A stretch of 64,000 nt of DNA from an uncultured Nitrososphaerales archaeon (GTDB lineage: Archaea > Thermoproteota > Nitrososphaeria > Nitrososphaerales > Nitrososphaeraceae). A model generated the notes under the pieces. It worked only from the letters and a program-made list of their open reading frames with translations. It was not told the DNA's origin and made no database searches. Every line of letters begins with the position of its first letter. The stretch's first letter is position 1. Shown here piece by piece: positions 42,284 to 53,595 of this stretch. Location: positions 32,001-96,000 of the forward strand of contig CAWJCY010000004.1 of NCBI GenBank assembly GCA_963841565.1, written 5' to 3'. The position numbers were made by a program, and so were the translations under genes.

Positions 42284-43360
42284 AACTCGATTTTCATGTT
42301 GAACACGTGCATAATACTGACGTATCGGTGTATAGATAAAACCTTAAGTCACCAAACTTCAATATATTCATACATGACTTTCTAATTGATCTATTCTATC
42401 GTCATTGTTCCTTAGTATTTCCTATTCTCCGAAGTTAATAGTTTTACACATATCTTCTAATCAATGACAGCATTCCGTCAATGGTTCAACCGGAATAGTT
42501 AGAAGGTGGATTAATTTACTCTTAATTTACAATACCCAGTACGTTCAAGATTCTATCCGGAGATGACGCCTTTGGCCACATTTATCTTATCAACCAATGG
42601 TAAAAGCATTATAGAAAAAAAGGATTCAATTTTATCAAACCTCTAGTTGTAGGAAACGTGGAAGAGATTACATCAGGTATAAGTGAAATACAAAAAAAAG
42701 AAAGAACCAATATAAGTAACGGCTAGTGACAGAACTCAACAAATCGGTCTTCACACTCTGGGAAAAATTAGGTAGTCTCAGGGCCAAACTATTATCCTAG
42801 AGCAATGAGAATCCAAAAATCAAAGCTGGGCAACTAAATTTTAGATGACATCACTTTGCAGATTACCCCCATCACTATCCTTTCCTAATACGCTAATTAC
42901 AATTTGTTGAAATTGCGTTATTAATCCTACTGCCACAATATGCCGGTAAACGAATGTCTCGCAAGAAAAGTGCTCTCGCTAATACAGGAATGTAGGCTAT
43001 TGTAGAAGCACACAGTATCATGAAACTGCACGCCGTGGGGTTGGGAGGTGCAGCTGAAAATTATACCAGTACATTTCGAATAACGCTAGATGACGGGATA
43101 TACGTTCTTTTATCTGCTGCCACTTGGGATCCTACTAGTGCTGACGAGGATGTAGGCGGATATGTAATCTACAATTTTTTGGTAAACGTGACGAGTAAAT
43201 AAAGCACATAAGGCATTATGGAGTAATCAATGCGAGTGTTTCCAATGGGAATTTGATTTTGGGCGATGAAATGGGAATAGTTCTTATGTAATAGATCGAT
43301 CTCTTCGTGTTAGGTGGGACTAATTTCGATCTGCTACTTTAATAAAGAGTGAGCAAGGCT

Positions 43361-43804
43361 TTACTTCTTTTTACCTTTGAAATGCATACTGATCTTCAAG
43401 TTGTTCCAAATTTCTACTCGTCTTGACTTCCAAGATATCGTTGAATGCTTCAAATTCCAATGTTTAACAAAATAGTAAATTATTGGTCGAAGATGGTCGG
43501 GGGCAGCAAAGGGGCCGAATTCTTCAGCAACTTTGCCCATTTCTCTTCCTAATTTTACACATTCCCAGCATCCTACAATTGGAATTAAAGGAGCTATATA
43601 ATATCCTGCCTGTCTTCCAGTATATCCCCACGCTTCACCGACTATACAGTATTTAGAATCATGAACAAGAGTCTTCACGTCTTGTTCATCAAATCCAGAC
43701 TTTAGTTTGAATGACCAAACAGGACAGATATCTTTGAAGTCTAAACTTTCATGGAACGACAGAGGTATTTCTTGTTTCTTATCTGTCTCATTGCCTTTCA
43801 TCAC
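43361..43804 (-). CDS. hypothetical protein
   Basis: 147-aa ORF with ICPVW, CIVGEAWG, CWEC, HW; possible metal-binding residues. Confidence 0.65.
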   Translation of the reverse strand: MMKGNETDKKQEIPLSFHESLDFKDICPVWSFKLKSGFDEQDVKTLVHDSKYCIVGEAWGYTGRQAGYYIAPLIPIVGCWECVKLGREMGKVAEEFGPFAAPDHLRPIIYYFVKHWNLKHSTISWKSRRVEIWNNLKISMHFKGKKK

Positions 43805-44011
43805 AGTGTACAGGGAGAAGCATCATTTATCCCTTCTCTTTGTTAGGGATTCATTAATTTTCAAGTGGTGGCCAGAAACTCGAGACTCAACGTCTGAGTT
43901 GACAACCATGAAAAGACGAACTTGAGAATAGAGACAAGTAAAAGATACTTAAAGATCCATGATATAGTATACCTGTGTTGAAAATACCCATCAATAGGAG
44001 GCACTTAGAGG

Positions 44012-44662
44012 ACGGCTAGAATACTTTCTGTCAATGTATCACTTCCAAGAGACATAGATTTTGAGGGACAGAAATTAACAACAGGTATTTTCAAGGAGCC
44101 AGTTGAGGGACGTATAAGGTTGAAGACGCTTAATCTTGAGGGCGACAGACAAGCAGATTTAACAGTGCATGGTGGACCTGATAAAGCAGTGTATGCATAT
44201 TCTGTGGAACATTACGAATATTGGCACAGTGTTTTTCCCGACTTAGCGATGCCAAATGGGATGTTCGGAGAAAACCTTACAGTAGAAGGACTGATGGAGA
44301 ACGAGATTAACGTAGGGGATGTTTTTCGAATAGGATCTGCCACTGTTATTGCAACACAGCCACGAATGCCGTGTTACAAACTTGGAATAAAATTTGGACG
44401 CATGGATGTCATCAAAAAGTTTCTGGCTAGCGGCCGTTCAGGAATATACTTTAAGGTTTCAAAGGAGGGAGAAGTCGCAACAGGTGATTCGATAGATCAA
44501 ATTACAAAAGACCCTAATCGAATTACTATCAGCGACATAGTGCGATTATACTCAATTGAGAGGGAGGATCTCCAAATGATGCGACGTGCGATGAAAGTTG
44601 ATGCATTACCTAAAGGATGGAAGCGCTATTTTCTGGAACAAATCCAAAGATTAGAAAAATGA
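44012..44662 (+). CDS. MOSC-domain protein (YiiM-like)
   Basis: ILSVNVSLPR...TTGIFKEP in frame upstream of the TTG; GDRQADLTVHGGPDKAVY, FGENL, QPRMPCYKL, 3-alpha C-terminus. Confidence 0.9.
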   Translation, partial: TARILSVNVSLPRDIDFEGQKLTTGIFKEPVEGRIRLKTLNLEGDRQADLTVHGGPDKAVYAYSVEHYEYWHSVFPDLAMPNGMFGENLTVEGLMENEINVGDVFRIGSATVIATQPRMPCYKLGIKFGRMDVIKKFLASGRSGIYFKVSKEGEVATGDSIDQITKDPNRITISDIVRLYSIEREDLQMMRRAMKVDALPKGWKRYFLEQIQRLEK

Positions 44663-44710
44663 TTTACCAGATATCGAAGTAGATTAAAGGCTAAAAATGA
44701 GGTTATCAAA

Positions 44711-45871
44711 ATGTATGAAATTAAAAAGACGAATGGGAAGGAAATAAGGGAAGTGGAGAGGAGAAAGCAACAACAAATAGATGGATATGATGATCGTGAG
44801 GTCAAGAATTTACTCGTTGATAGTTTTGGCAGAATTGGAAAAAAACTAAGGATCTCGGTGACAGACAAGTGTAATATGCGTTGCACATATTGCATGCCAA
44901 GAGAAAAAGTTAGATGGTTTGATGGACATAATATTTTAGATTATAGTGAGATCGCTAGACTTGTTTCTATTCTTGCAGATCTTGGTATAGAGCGAATAAG
45001 ACTGACAGGAGGAGAACCACTTCTTAGACCAAATTTAGAGAACCTCATAATTGGATTGACCAAGATAAAAGGTATTAAATCAATTAGCATGACAACGAAT
45101 GGCGTATTATTTGGAAAAAAAGCCAGAGCGTTGAAGGCTGCTGGACTTGAAGGTGTAAATATAAGTCTCGACACATTTAGACCAGCGAGATTCAAAGAGA
45201 TAACTGGCATAAATAGCATTAACAAAGTCATTGAAGCCATTAATGCTGCGGAAAGGGTTGGCTTGAATGTAAAAATTAACACTGTGGTAATAAGAGGATG
45301 GAACGACGATGAAATTGTTGATTTTGCTAATTTTGCACGGGATACTGGACACATAGTACGTTTTATAGAATTTATGCCATTAGATGGGAGCGGAATTTGG
45401 CAGTCAAATTTGGTTTATACCAAAAGAGAAATGATCGATCTGATAACTAGAAACCTGGGCGGGATCGTACCTCTAAATGATTGCCCAAATTGCGACATCA
45501 GCGATACCAATGATATGGACCACAAGAATAATTCAATTAAGTATTACAATCAAAACCATAAATCCGATCCTGCTACACTTTTTTCATTTTGTGATGGAAG
45601 GGGGGCAATTGGATTTATCCCATCAATGAGTGAACCGTTCTGCGCCAGCTGTGATAGAATGAGACTAACTTCAGATGGCAGATTGTTAACATGTCTCTTT
45701 GAAAACCCAGGATATGATCTTAGAAATATGTTGAGAAGCGGCAAGACAAATTATTATATTAAGAAGAAAATTACAGAAAATGTAATGAAAAAGCCTGAAG
45801 GGATAATTAAGATCATCAAGACAAACTCATTAAAACCTTCCTTAAATTTGATGCATACAATAGGAGGATAA
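44711..45871 (+). CDS. moaA: GTP 3',8-cyclase (molybdenum cofactor biosynthesis)
   Basis: LRISVTDKCNMRCTYCM, LTGGEP, RFIEFMP, FCASCDRMRLTSDGRLLTCL, C-terminal IGG. Confidence 0.94.
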   Translation: MYEIKKTNGKEIREVERRKQQQIDGYDDREVKNLLVDSFGRIGKKLRISVTDKCNMRCTYCMPREKVRWFDGHNILDYSEIARLVSILADLGIERIRLTGGEPLLRPNLENLIIGLTKIKGIKSISMTTNGVLFGKKARALKAAGLEGVNISLDTFRPARFKEITGINSINKVIEAINAAERVGLNVKINTVVIRGWNDDEIVDFANFARDTGHIVRFIEFMPLDGSGIWQSNLVYTKREMIDLITRNLGGIVPLNDCPNCDISDTNDMDHKNNSIKYYNQNHKSDPATLFSFCDGRGAIGFIPSMSEPFCASCDRMRLTSDGRLLTCLFENPGYDLRNMLRSGKTNYYIKKKITENVMKKPEGIIKIIKTNSLKPSLNLMHTIGG

Positions 45872-46167
45872 CTTTCATGCTTTAACTGCATACGATCCTC
45901 TTCAGACCCATCTAATTTTCTGCACTAACGCTTTATTTTCTTAATCTTACATAGACAGTTCTACCGAACGTGCCAGTGGAAGAAGGGAGCTCTAACAGAT
46001 ATCAAGAATTCATTAGACTATATTTGAAAAATGAATGAAATCTTTGAACAGTATTAGTACACTGAAGGTTCGATTGCGATTGGCAAAATAAGCCCTAAGA
46101 GGATTAAAATAGTATTTCTCCACCCTAAATACCAAATATTTGATAATTGCTATGAAACAACGGTGTT

Positions 46168-46482
46168 CTAGTTCGGTGAATGAAATGAAATATTAGATTT
46201 CTCTATTCTTCCAGCACGTCTACTCAGCATCTTAAAGGAATCTATTGCATCAATTTCGATGACTCCTGGTAGATGTTGGATGGTTTGAATATAGTTATTC
46301 AGTACATAAAGATCTTGTAACCTTACTTCTATTCTGATATCACTCTCCGTGAGGTCATCTGACGAAGATCTATTGATTACTTGTACTAGCCCAGCCAACT
46401 GTTTTTCAGTTTCCTGATCCAAAGGATATCTTCCAGATTGAATCGAATCTTCAATCATTTTACATAGTTCAGATATTTTCAA
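46168..46482 (-). CDS. conserved hypothetical protein
   Basis: 104-aa ORF with normal composition; no motif recognised. Confidence 0.65.
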   Translation of the reverse strand: MKISELCKMIEDSIQSGRYPLDQETEKQLAGLVQVINRSSSDDLTESDIRIEVRLQDLYVLNNYIQTIQHLPGVIEIDAIDSFKMLSRRAGRIEKSNISFHSPN

Positions 46483-46714
46483 TTGTCACAAAGTTTATTT
46501 GAAATCTAATATTATTGTATTTGACGGAAAGTCGTATTAGGAGACTCGTCATCTCCCATCATCATTGAAAATAGATTTTCAATGTGCGTTTGTGCCTCCA
46601 AACCTTAAATATGAAGTATCGGCAATTCGCCGACCTCCGTCTCACCGAAAAAATGATATGGCTTGTGTTGAGAATATTATGACCAATTTAGAAGCCACAC
46701 CATTCTTCCTGTTT

Positions 46715-47280
46715 CTAATTGAAAAAGTCGGACAGACTCGCCCGTTTGCTTCCAGTCGCGCAATTTTTCTTGCTCCCATCGCAACTTACACCAGGATCAT
46801 CCTTTGAAACATACGCACCTCCCCATTTTACTTCTTCTAGACCCAACAATTGTCTGAAGATATTTACTGTACCAGGACCAAAGCCGATGTAATGATTATT
46901 TGCAGCAATGATAGCAAATTTAACATTTGATAAATTTCCTTCGTTACTATCATCCTTGAAGTTTCGTACGACTTTCTTCATTTCCTTTATTTTATCAATC
47001 TGAATTTGCTCGAAATTTTTTTCTAGTGTGCTTCTGTCACCAATGAATCTTACATAGACAATATCCGAAGCGACTATCGAAGGAGTATGTATCTCTGCAA
47101 GTTGACTCCATCAAAGACACACCATATTGTTCGCGAAGAAGTTGTAGGCAAGATCTTGAAACCAAGATCTATGCCTTACTTCTACAGCGTATCTGAAACC
47201 TCTGTCAAGTCATGGAATGATATTCTTTAAGGCTTCTATACCTTCTACAATCTGTATGGATGGTGGCAACTGGATTAAAT
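46715..47280 (-). pseudogene. 5'-truncated, frameshifted DUF72 gene (copy A)
   Basis: LIQLPPSI, FRYAVEVRHRSW, YVRFIGDR, ANNHYIGFGPGT; colinear with 61810-62380. Confidence 0.82.
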
Positions 47281-47369
47281 AACGTTAGTAATTTCTCTTT
47301 CAATGTTACTCAAAATATATTGTGTATTCAATCTACTTTAATATATAACAAGTCTCATTAGCTTCCACT

Positions 47370-47573
47370 TTGATACTCACTGATCTGATACTTCCACTAA
47401 TTATTAACCCTAACGAAAAAATAAGTCGAATCCTTAGAATAATCGAAACTAAGCAGAATGGACTTTGCATCTCTTGTGGAGGGCAGATCACAAACGACCA
47501 TGCTATAGTAAGTAGCGGGCGTCCTAGGCATTACTATCACAAATTCTGTGCGATTAAACACAATATTATTTAG
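47370..47573 (+). CDS. small zinc-finger-like protein
   Basis: CISCGGQI...YYHKFCA (CxxC...HxxC). Confidence 0.5.
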   Translation: MILTDLILPLIINPNEKISRILRIIETKQNGLCISCGGQITNDHAIVSSGRPRHYYHKFCAIKHNII

Positions 47574-47999
47574 CCGCCCAACGATAGAGCATTGGTAATA
47601 GAATTTTTTTAATGCATTAATTTTGCCAAATGGTTTTCAATTGGCATTAGAATAAATTAAAAAAAGGAAATCGGAGCAGCGGTCCTATGATGGCTATATC
47701 ATTCCCTAGAAACCCACTAGCATTTATCCTCGAATGATGTTCAAATTTGTATTTAGTCCCTGGTAATCCCAAATTGAGACCATTCCGGTAGCGCATCCTA
47801 CTTTCATTTCATTCATTATATATTAGAAGTTTTTCTGAGTCACGGATCAGGGACCGAACTTCGATGCATGAGAAGTCACGTTCTGATAGTCAATGAGATA
47901 ACCATCACGTACGAAAAAATAAAGCCATGCAACGACCCTGACGTTACGAGGAATGCTTAGACCTACATTGGATCCGACTTATTCTAAGAGAAAAAAATT

Positions 48000-48290
48000 A
48001 AATGTGGATAAGAGCCCGATTTCGCTTAACGCAGATAAACACTAATCTAGCACATACTATCAAAAAAGATCCAAAAAAACCGAAGATTATGAAATTTGTT
48101 GCATAACTCCAAACACCTGGTAGCAACTCAACTAGTCAAGTGGGAAGCTCTATTGCAGCTTCTGAATGAGAGAGCTAAGGTACAACAATTTCCAATACTA
48201 GCAAAATCATAACCATTGCCAGAACAGCATCTGTAACCGTTATAATACAATCTCTACTAACATTATTCCCAACTTCATGTGTCAATCCAC
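48000..48290 (-). pseudogene. TMEM175/DUF1211-like channel remnant
   Basis: Minus-strand translation SRDCIITVTDAVLAMVMILLVLEIVVP*...*LVELLPGVWSYATNFIIFGFFWI resembles the TMEM175 TM1/TM2 consensus; two in-frame stops. Confidence 0.6.
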
Positions 48291-48485
48291 GTTCGCGATT
48301 AAGTTTTGCAGATTGTACCTATAAAATATGATCCTCAATAAGCCCGCTGGTTCCACTATGGAACAGTGTTTAGCAAGGATGATGTGTAAAAGAATGCAGG
48401 GGTTATGATCATAGTTGCGTGACTTTGCTAAACATTTAATAATGTAGATAAAATCTTATATTCTACGTAGTATTATAAATCTACT

Positions 48486-49136
48486 ATGTCTTCTTCAGCC
48501 ACTTCTCAACCTGATCCGAACTTGTCGTCTCCTTCTTGGAAAATTGAAGGCGATTATTTTGAAGGTTGTAATTGTGATGTAATTTGTCCATGCATATTTA
48601 TGGCTGATCCAGACGAAGGATTTTGTGATGTAATTCCAGCATGGCATATCAATAGAGGAAACTTTACTAATATTGGTCTAGATGATTTGAATGTGGTAGC
48701 TTTCTTTCATACCCCTGGAAACATGCTGACTGGCCCAAAGTGGAAAGTTGTAATGTATATTGACCAGCGGGCAACGGCTGAACAGTTGGATGCCATTACT
48801 AAAATTTTCTCCGGACAATCTGGCGGTTTCTTTGGAGCAGCAAAGAATCTATTCGGGGAAATATTAGGCATCAAACAATCTCCGATTGAGTTCGGCGTCG
48901 AAGGGAAGCGTAGATGGCTGCGAATAGATGATTCATTAGAATTAGACATAGAGGGAATCAAAGGTGCAGACCAGAATAGAGAAGCTCTTATTACCAATCC
49001 AGCATTTTCTGCAGTTCCTAATAGCGATTTGGTAGTCGCACGCTCAACTAAAAACGTCTACAATGATTTTGGATTCAAATGGAATAATTCAGGGAAGAAC
49101 GGCTTCTACTGTAAGTTTAAATATTCTTCATCTTAG
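48486..49136 (+). CDS. DUF1326 domain protein
   Basis: WKIEGDYFEGCNCDVICPC, C..AWHI..G, YIDQRA..EQ..AI..IFSG..GG. Confidence 0.85.
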   Translation: MSSSATSQPDPNLSSPSWKIEGDYFEGCNCDVICPCIFMADPDEGFCDVIPAWHINRGNFTNIGLDDLNVVAFFHTPGNMLTGPKWKVVMYIDQRATAEQLDAITKIFSGQSGGFFGAAKNLFGEILGIKQSPIEFGVEGKRRWLRIDDSLELDIEGIKGADQNREALITNPAFSAVPNSDLVVARSTKNVYNDFGFKWNNSGKNGFYCKFKYSSS

Positions 49137-49427
49137 CACGTTCAGCTATGCTAATTAGGTCATTGACACATAGTGACCTGAGCAATCCGATCAGGCGAAC
49201 AAAGAACGAGGAAATTGAGGATTCGCAATGAACTCAATTTTAATCATTTACTCAGAGCTGAAACGTTTTGTTTTGCAATCCAGCCGGATTATAGCTGCTG
49301 GTACGCTCTTTTGTAAAGATATGCCTATTTTGACCTAGTTGTGGTAATTGAAGAAATTAATCAAGATAGATATAGCCTATACTGGTTATGATTCGTCTCC
49401 ACTTCTACGCTCACTGGATTTGAACGA

Positions 49428-49568
49428 TTAACCCCGTAAACTGTCTTGACTAAATTCAGGTGAACCGTACTCACGGATCTTAGACTTTCGGTCATGCGTT
49501 TGTTTATGTATTTCAAGGCGTCTTTTTTCATCAAATACACTGCCACACTTGCTACATTTGAACACCAT
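49428..49568 (-). CDS. 46-aa C2H2 zinc-finger microprotein (not in ORF track)
   Basis: MVFKCSKCGSVFDEKRRLEIHKQTHDRKSKIREYGSPEFSQDSLRG; exact F-x-C-x2-C-x3-F-x5-L-x2-H-x3-H pattern. Confidence 0.8.
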   Translation of the reverse strand: MVFKCSKCGSVFDEKRRLEIHKQTHDRKSKIREYGSPEFSQDSLRG

Positions 49569-50471
49569 TCACATCTTTACGATAGAAAGAGATATACATT
49601 TATCGATATTAGAATTTTTGATGTTCATATCACGCCTTATTATTATTGCCACTAAATCTGGGGAAATTATTGCTCTTTTTTAGCTTTAGCCAGTACCCAA
49701 CAGACGATGATAGCTATGACTATATGAACAATTACTATGGCAACTGCATGATTGATTTTCAAATCCAAACATGTTCAATAACGATTTAGGAGATTGGTCA
49801 GCCATCATGATAGAGGAAGAAAGTACAACCAACGTATCGACAAGATTGAAAGATTAATTTTGTTAAGCTGATCATCTTTCAGCACCTTCCATCATCTCGT
49901 TGTGCTTTATATTGCTGTTGGTCCATATTGGTCTGCAAGAAGGTGTTGTACGACGGTCTGCGTAGCCCTTTCTTTAGTTGGCGGTCTGAGAAGCGGATGT
50001 AGATCTGGTCAAAGCTCAAATTTAAGAGGTGAGAGTGATCAGTAACGAATATCTCCAATGTAATAAGGCATTATGAATCGAATCAAGCAATCTTACAGTC
50101 AAATGACTGACAATCGATTCGTCTCAGACTATTGGAAGTAAAAACATTTCTTAACCAAAGTGACGAGAATTTAGTTATTCCATCAGCCGTGAGTGTATTT
50201 CCAGGATTCTAACATGGATATTCGCAGTTAATGAGTAAGTACGCAATATTTATTTTCCACTTGCCTACCCACTATATGACTTCCAATGATTGAAAGCAAT
50301 GTTTGTCAGCTAACTAGCCACGTTCTTTACGGCTAAGGCGTACCTGTCAATTTTAGTATCATTTTGAATCATGATTGCCCCAGGTCTTTTAACACTAAAG
50401 TCAGACTAGAAGTCAAGTTTCAAAAATAAGAAAAGGATGGACATTCTATCGAAGACCTTCGTCTAGCTACT

Positions 50472-50832
50472 TTAATTCTTGGCGTATTCTTTGAGGCCTG
50501 TAAAATCGATTCCAACAAGAGGTTCATTTCCAACAACCCAAGCATTGTGTCCAGGCGGAATTACAGCAGCATCGCCTGGACCAAATTCTTCTTCTGCACC
50601 ATCATCCATAACCACTCTAATTCTACCAGAAACTATGTACCTGAGTATGAGGTGCTTGGCAACTATCTGTTTTTACGATGGGTTTCACACATTTTTCCCA
50701 ACTCCAGCCTGGTTCCAATATAGCTCGACCGATTGTAACATCCCCAAGGTTTACAAGCTCAATCTTGCCTTTTTCAAATGTTCGTGTTTCATCCGGTGAA
50801 GAGTCAAGGCTCTTTTTCTGTATTTTTGCCAT
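50472..50832 (-). CDS. cupin-domain protein, one-base frameshift near 50641
   Basis: LEPGWSW...CQAPHTQ; removing one G in CAGGTAC continues YIVSGRIRVVMDDG..FGPGDAAVIPPGHNAWVVG to stop at 50472. Confidence 0.82.
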
Positions 50833-51312
50833 TTAATCTTAATATATCACAGTGTCTTCTTATAATAATAGCGATTGTTTGGTAATTGTTATACTCTCTG
50901 TCTAAGAAATAATATGTCTTAAAGGCACATTGTTTCATTATATATCTCGTCCTCTTTCTCTTTGGTATCTAAGGAATTGGTTCTCCCATTTACCGTTTAC
51001 ACGTACTAACAAATGGGTTATTTCCCCGGCAATCTTGGATCAAAGCGTAATAGGCGATGTATTTCATGCAAATTAAATAACATGTCTCGAATTCACCAGC
51101 CATATGAAGGAGAAGGGAGTCAAAATATTATTATCACAGAATGCCTGCTCTCAAGCGTAACATAACATATTCTTTCGTCAGATTGAATTCTGTTAATTCA
51201 TCGAAGACGTATCTTCTCTTGTCCAAAAATTTGTTAAAAAACTGAAATCAGAAATTAAGCTTAGCAGATAATTCCATTTTGAATGATCAGCGATGGATGA
51301 CTCTTTTTGATG

Positions 51313-51407
51313 GACGATTGAACACTGGTTAGGTATGAGTTATTGAACGTTTTAAAACGCTCAAGATGTTCAGCACGAAATCAATCAATAGTCATGAGTG
51401 GATTGTA
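51313..51407. repeat. diverged inverted copy of the 55054-55136 TTGAAC/GTTCAA element
   Basis: GACGATTGAAC...TAGG...TTGAACGT...GTTCAGCAC.AATCAAT...ATGAG...ATTGTA aligns by eye with the reverse complement of 55054-55136. Confidence 0.55.
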
Positions 51408-51548
51408 ACGAATACTATGAAACCTATTTGAGACTAATTAATCTAGTCGCGTTATCTATAGCAATAAGCAAAAGGAACGATAATGGCCAGGAGTAATTTC
51501 CAAACTAGCTGTTCTGTAATGGTTATTGTAATCATATCAATATCATTG

Positions 51549-51914
51549 CTATGGGAATGGAATCAATGAAGACGTATCGCCAGATTCTTCTTTCCCATTC
51601 TCTTCTGAATCATCATCATTACTTTCTTCTTCGCTCACTTCATCGTTACCAGAATCGGTTTCATCATTACTTTCTATATTATCGGAATCCAAAGGGTCCA
51701 TGCTATCGTCGCGTTCAGTGTTGTCTAGATCTTCTCTCGTTGGTGATATATCTGGAAGAATTAGGGGAGTTTCAATATCGTTGGATGGTAACTCATCCAT
51801 GGATTCAGAATTGGCTGAAGATGATGATTTCTCACCACAAGTGGTTTGATTAGTTAGACTGACGCTTGGATCACAGGAGACATTGCTCCCATAGATTTGA
51901 ATTGGAAATATCAA
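51549..51914 (-). CDS. acidic low-complexity (D/E/S/N-rich) probable secreted protein
   Basis: Cys pair then acidic tail ending LIPFP; a hydrophobic signal-like stretch lies just upstream in another frame (possible frameshift). Confidence 0.55.
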   Translation of the reverse strand: MIFPIQIYGSNVSCDPSVSLTNQTTCGEKSSSSANSESMDELPSNDIETPLILPDISPTREDLDNTERDDSMDPLDSDNIESNDETDSGNDEVSEEESNDDDSEENGKEESGDTSSLIPFP

Positions 51915-52265
51915 TACGTAATCAAAAAGACTACTAAAAGAACGGATCCAATTATTGGCACTGATTGATCATTTTTGGATCTACAGCGCAACGCAATCTA
52001 TGCAGTTCCATTCATAATAGTTATATGTATTTTTTGTGGAAAACTGACTATTGGTTAGCTTGCCTAAGCGATATTTGCACTACTTTTCCAGAACTAAGGG
52101 ACAAGAACATCGAGGCTTATAGGTATTCTGTAATGTCTTATGCGAAGATCTTCCGCTGTTGTCCTCCAACGACCATTTAATAAGTGTCTCACCATCGGTG
52201 GTAGCAGATCTTAAAGCCTTTTCTACAGGCATAGCGTTACGAATGTAAGTGATTGGAAGCGGCAA

Positions 52266-53595
52266 ATGAAGACCGCAGCTATGTTCTCAAGGTTGGATCC
52301 AAATAAGCGATTTTTTGCGCTTATGGTAGTTGTGATAGTTACCATCACAGTAGATTCTCAGATTGGCTACGTTGCTGATTTCATACCAGAACGACTCTCT
52401 TCGAATGTTGGAGTTTTTACATTCATAGTAATCGCAGTAGTGTTCGCGATAACTCAATATCTCATTTTGGCCCATATCAAGAAATCCAACAAGGAGACTA
52501 CACAAAGAGTTCCTCATCTGAGCAAATTACACACAGGCGTATCTGTTGCCCAGTATTCGCTTGCAGTTGTAATAGCGGTTGTTATCTTGCTAATACTATT
52601 AACACAGCAATACAATATTATAGCTCTCTATATTGTGTACGTATTTAGCTTCGGGCTTTGGATTTTAACCTTGGCTCTCTTAGCCAAGGCTTTTTTTTCG
52701 TGGTATAAATTTTCTAGCAAAAATATTATTATTTTAATTTTTACACTATCTATGATTGCGTACATAGTCAATGGAATAACTGGCTTGGCCGAAAATTCTG
52801 ATATGCTTGCACAGCAGAAGAAAATAATAACGTCTGTTGATGTGGCATACTTTCCGGAGTTCAGTATCGAGTCAGTTGGAAGTCAGATTGGGATGGCCAA
52901 TCATATAGTTTCTACAGTTGCGTATATTCTTACCTGGATTGGTACAGTTAAGATGTTATTTCCATATATCAAAAAGCTGGGCAAGATCAAGTTTTGGATT
53001 ATTATGGGCGTAGCTATGATTTACTATCTTATTGAGTTTCCACTTTTCGTATTGGGTTATTTTACTCCATCAGAAAATGTGGACGCAATGACTAACGTAC
53101 TTATTTTTTCATTTGCCGGAATTATGTCGGGAATCATATTCGGAGCAGCTTTCTTATCGGTGGCTAGAACATTACGAAAAGGCAGTGATTTAAGAAATCA
53201 CATGATAATTGCGGCATACGGTTTTCTTCTCTTTTATATATCTGGATCTGCTATGGCTTCACAGGCTCGCTTACCCTCCATATGGTATTGTATCTATTTC
53301 GTTTATTGGAATATCTTGCTATTTGATATATACCGGTCTATATTCATCAGCAGTTACTGTTTCTCAAGATACAACATTACGTCTGTCTATTAGAAAGTCT
53401 CTGGATGAACAAGCAAAATTTCTACATAGTGTGGGATCCGCTCATATGGAACAAGAATTACAATCGACAGTCATGAAAATCGCAAAGAAGCATTCAGATG
53501 TGTTAACTGAAAAGACTGGAGTTGAATCTTCAATGACAGAGAGTGACATCAAAGAGTATATGACTATGGTGTTAAATGAGATTCACAAGTCTTAA
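52266..53595 (+). CDS. multi-pass membrane protein, one-base frameshift near 53268
   Basis: ~10 TM helices; removing one base in GCTCGCT gives ASQAAYPPYG..., joining ORF 53209 with soluble tail LRLSIRKS..LHSVGSAHMEQE. Confidence 0.75.

Noticed and set aside
49361-49546. 61-aa ORF from the track
   Set aside because: Alternative frame of the C2H2 zinc-finger gene at 49428-49568
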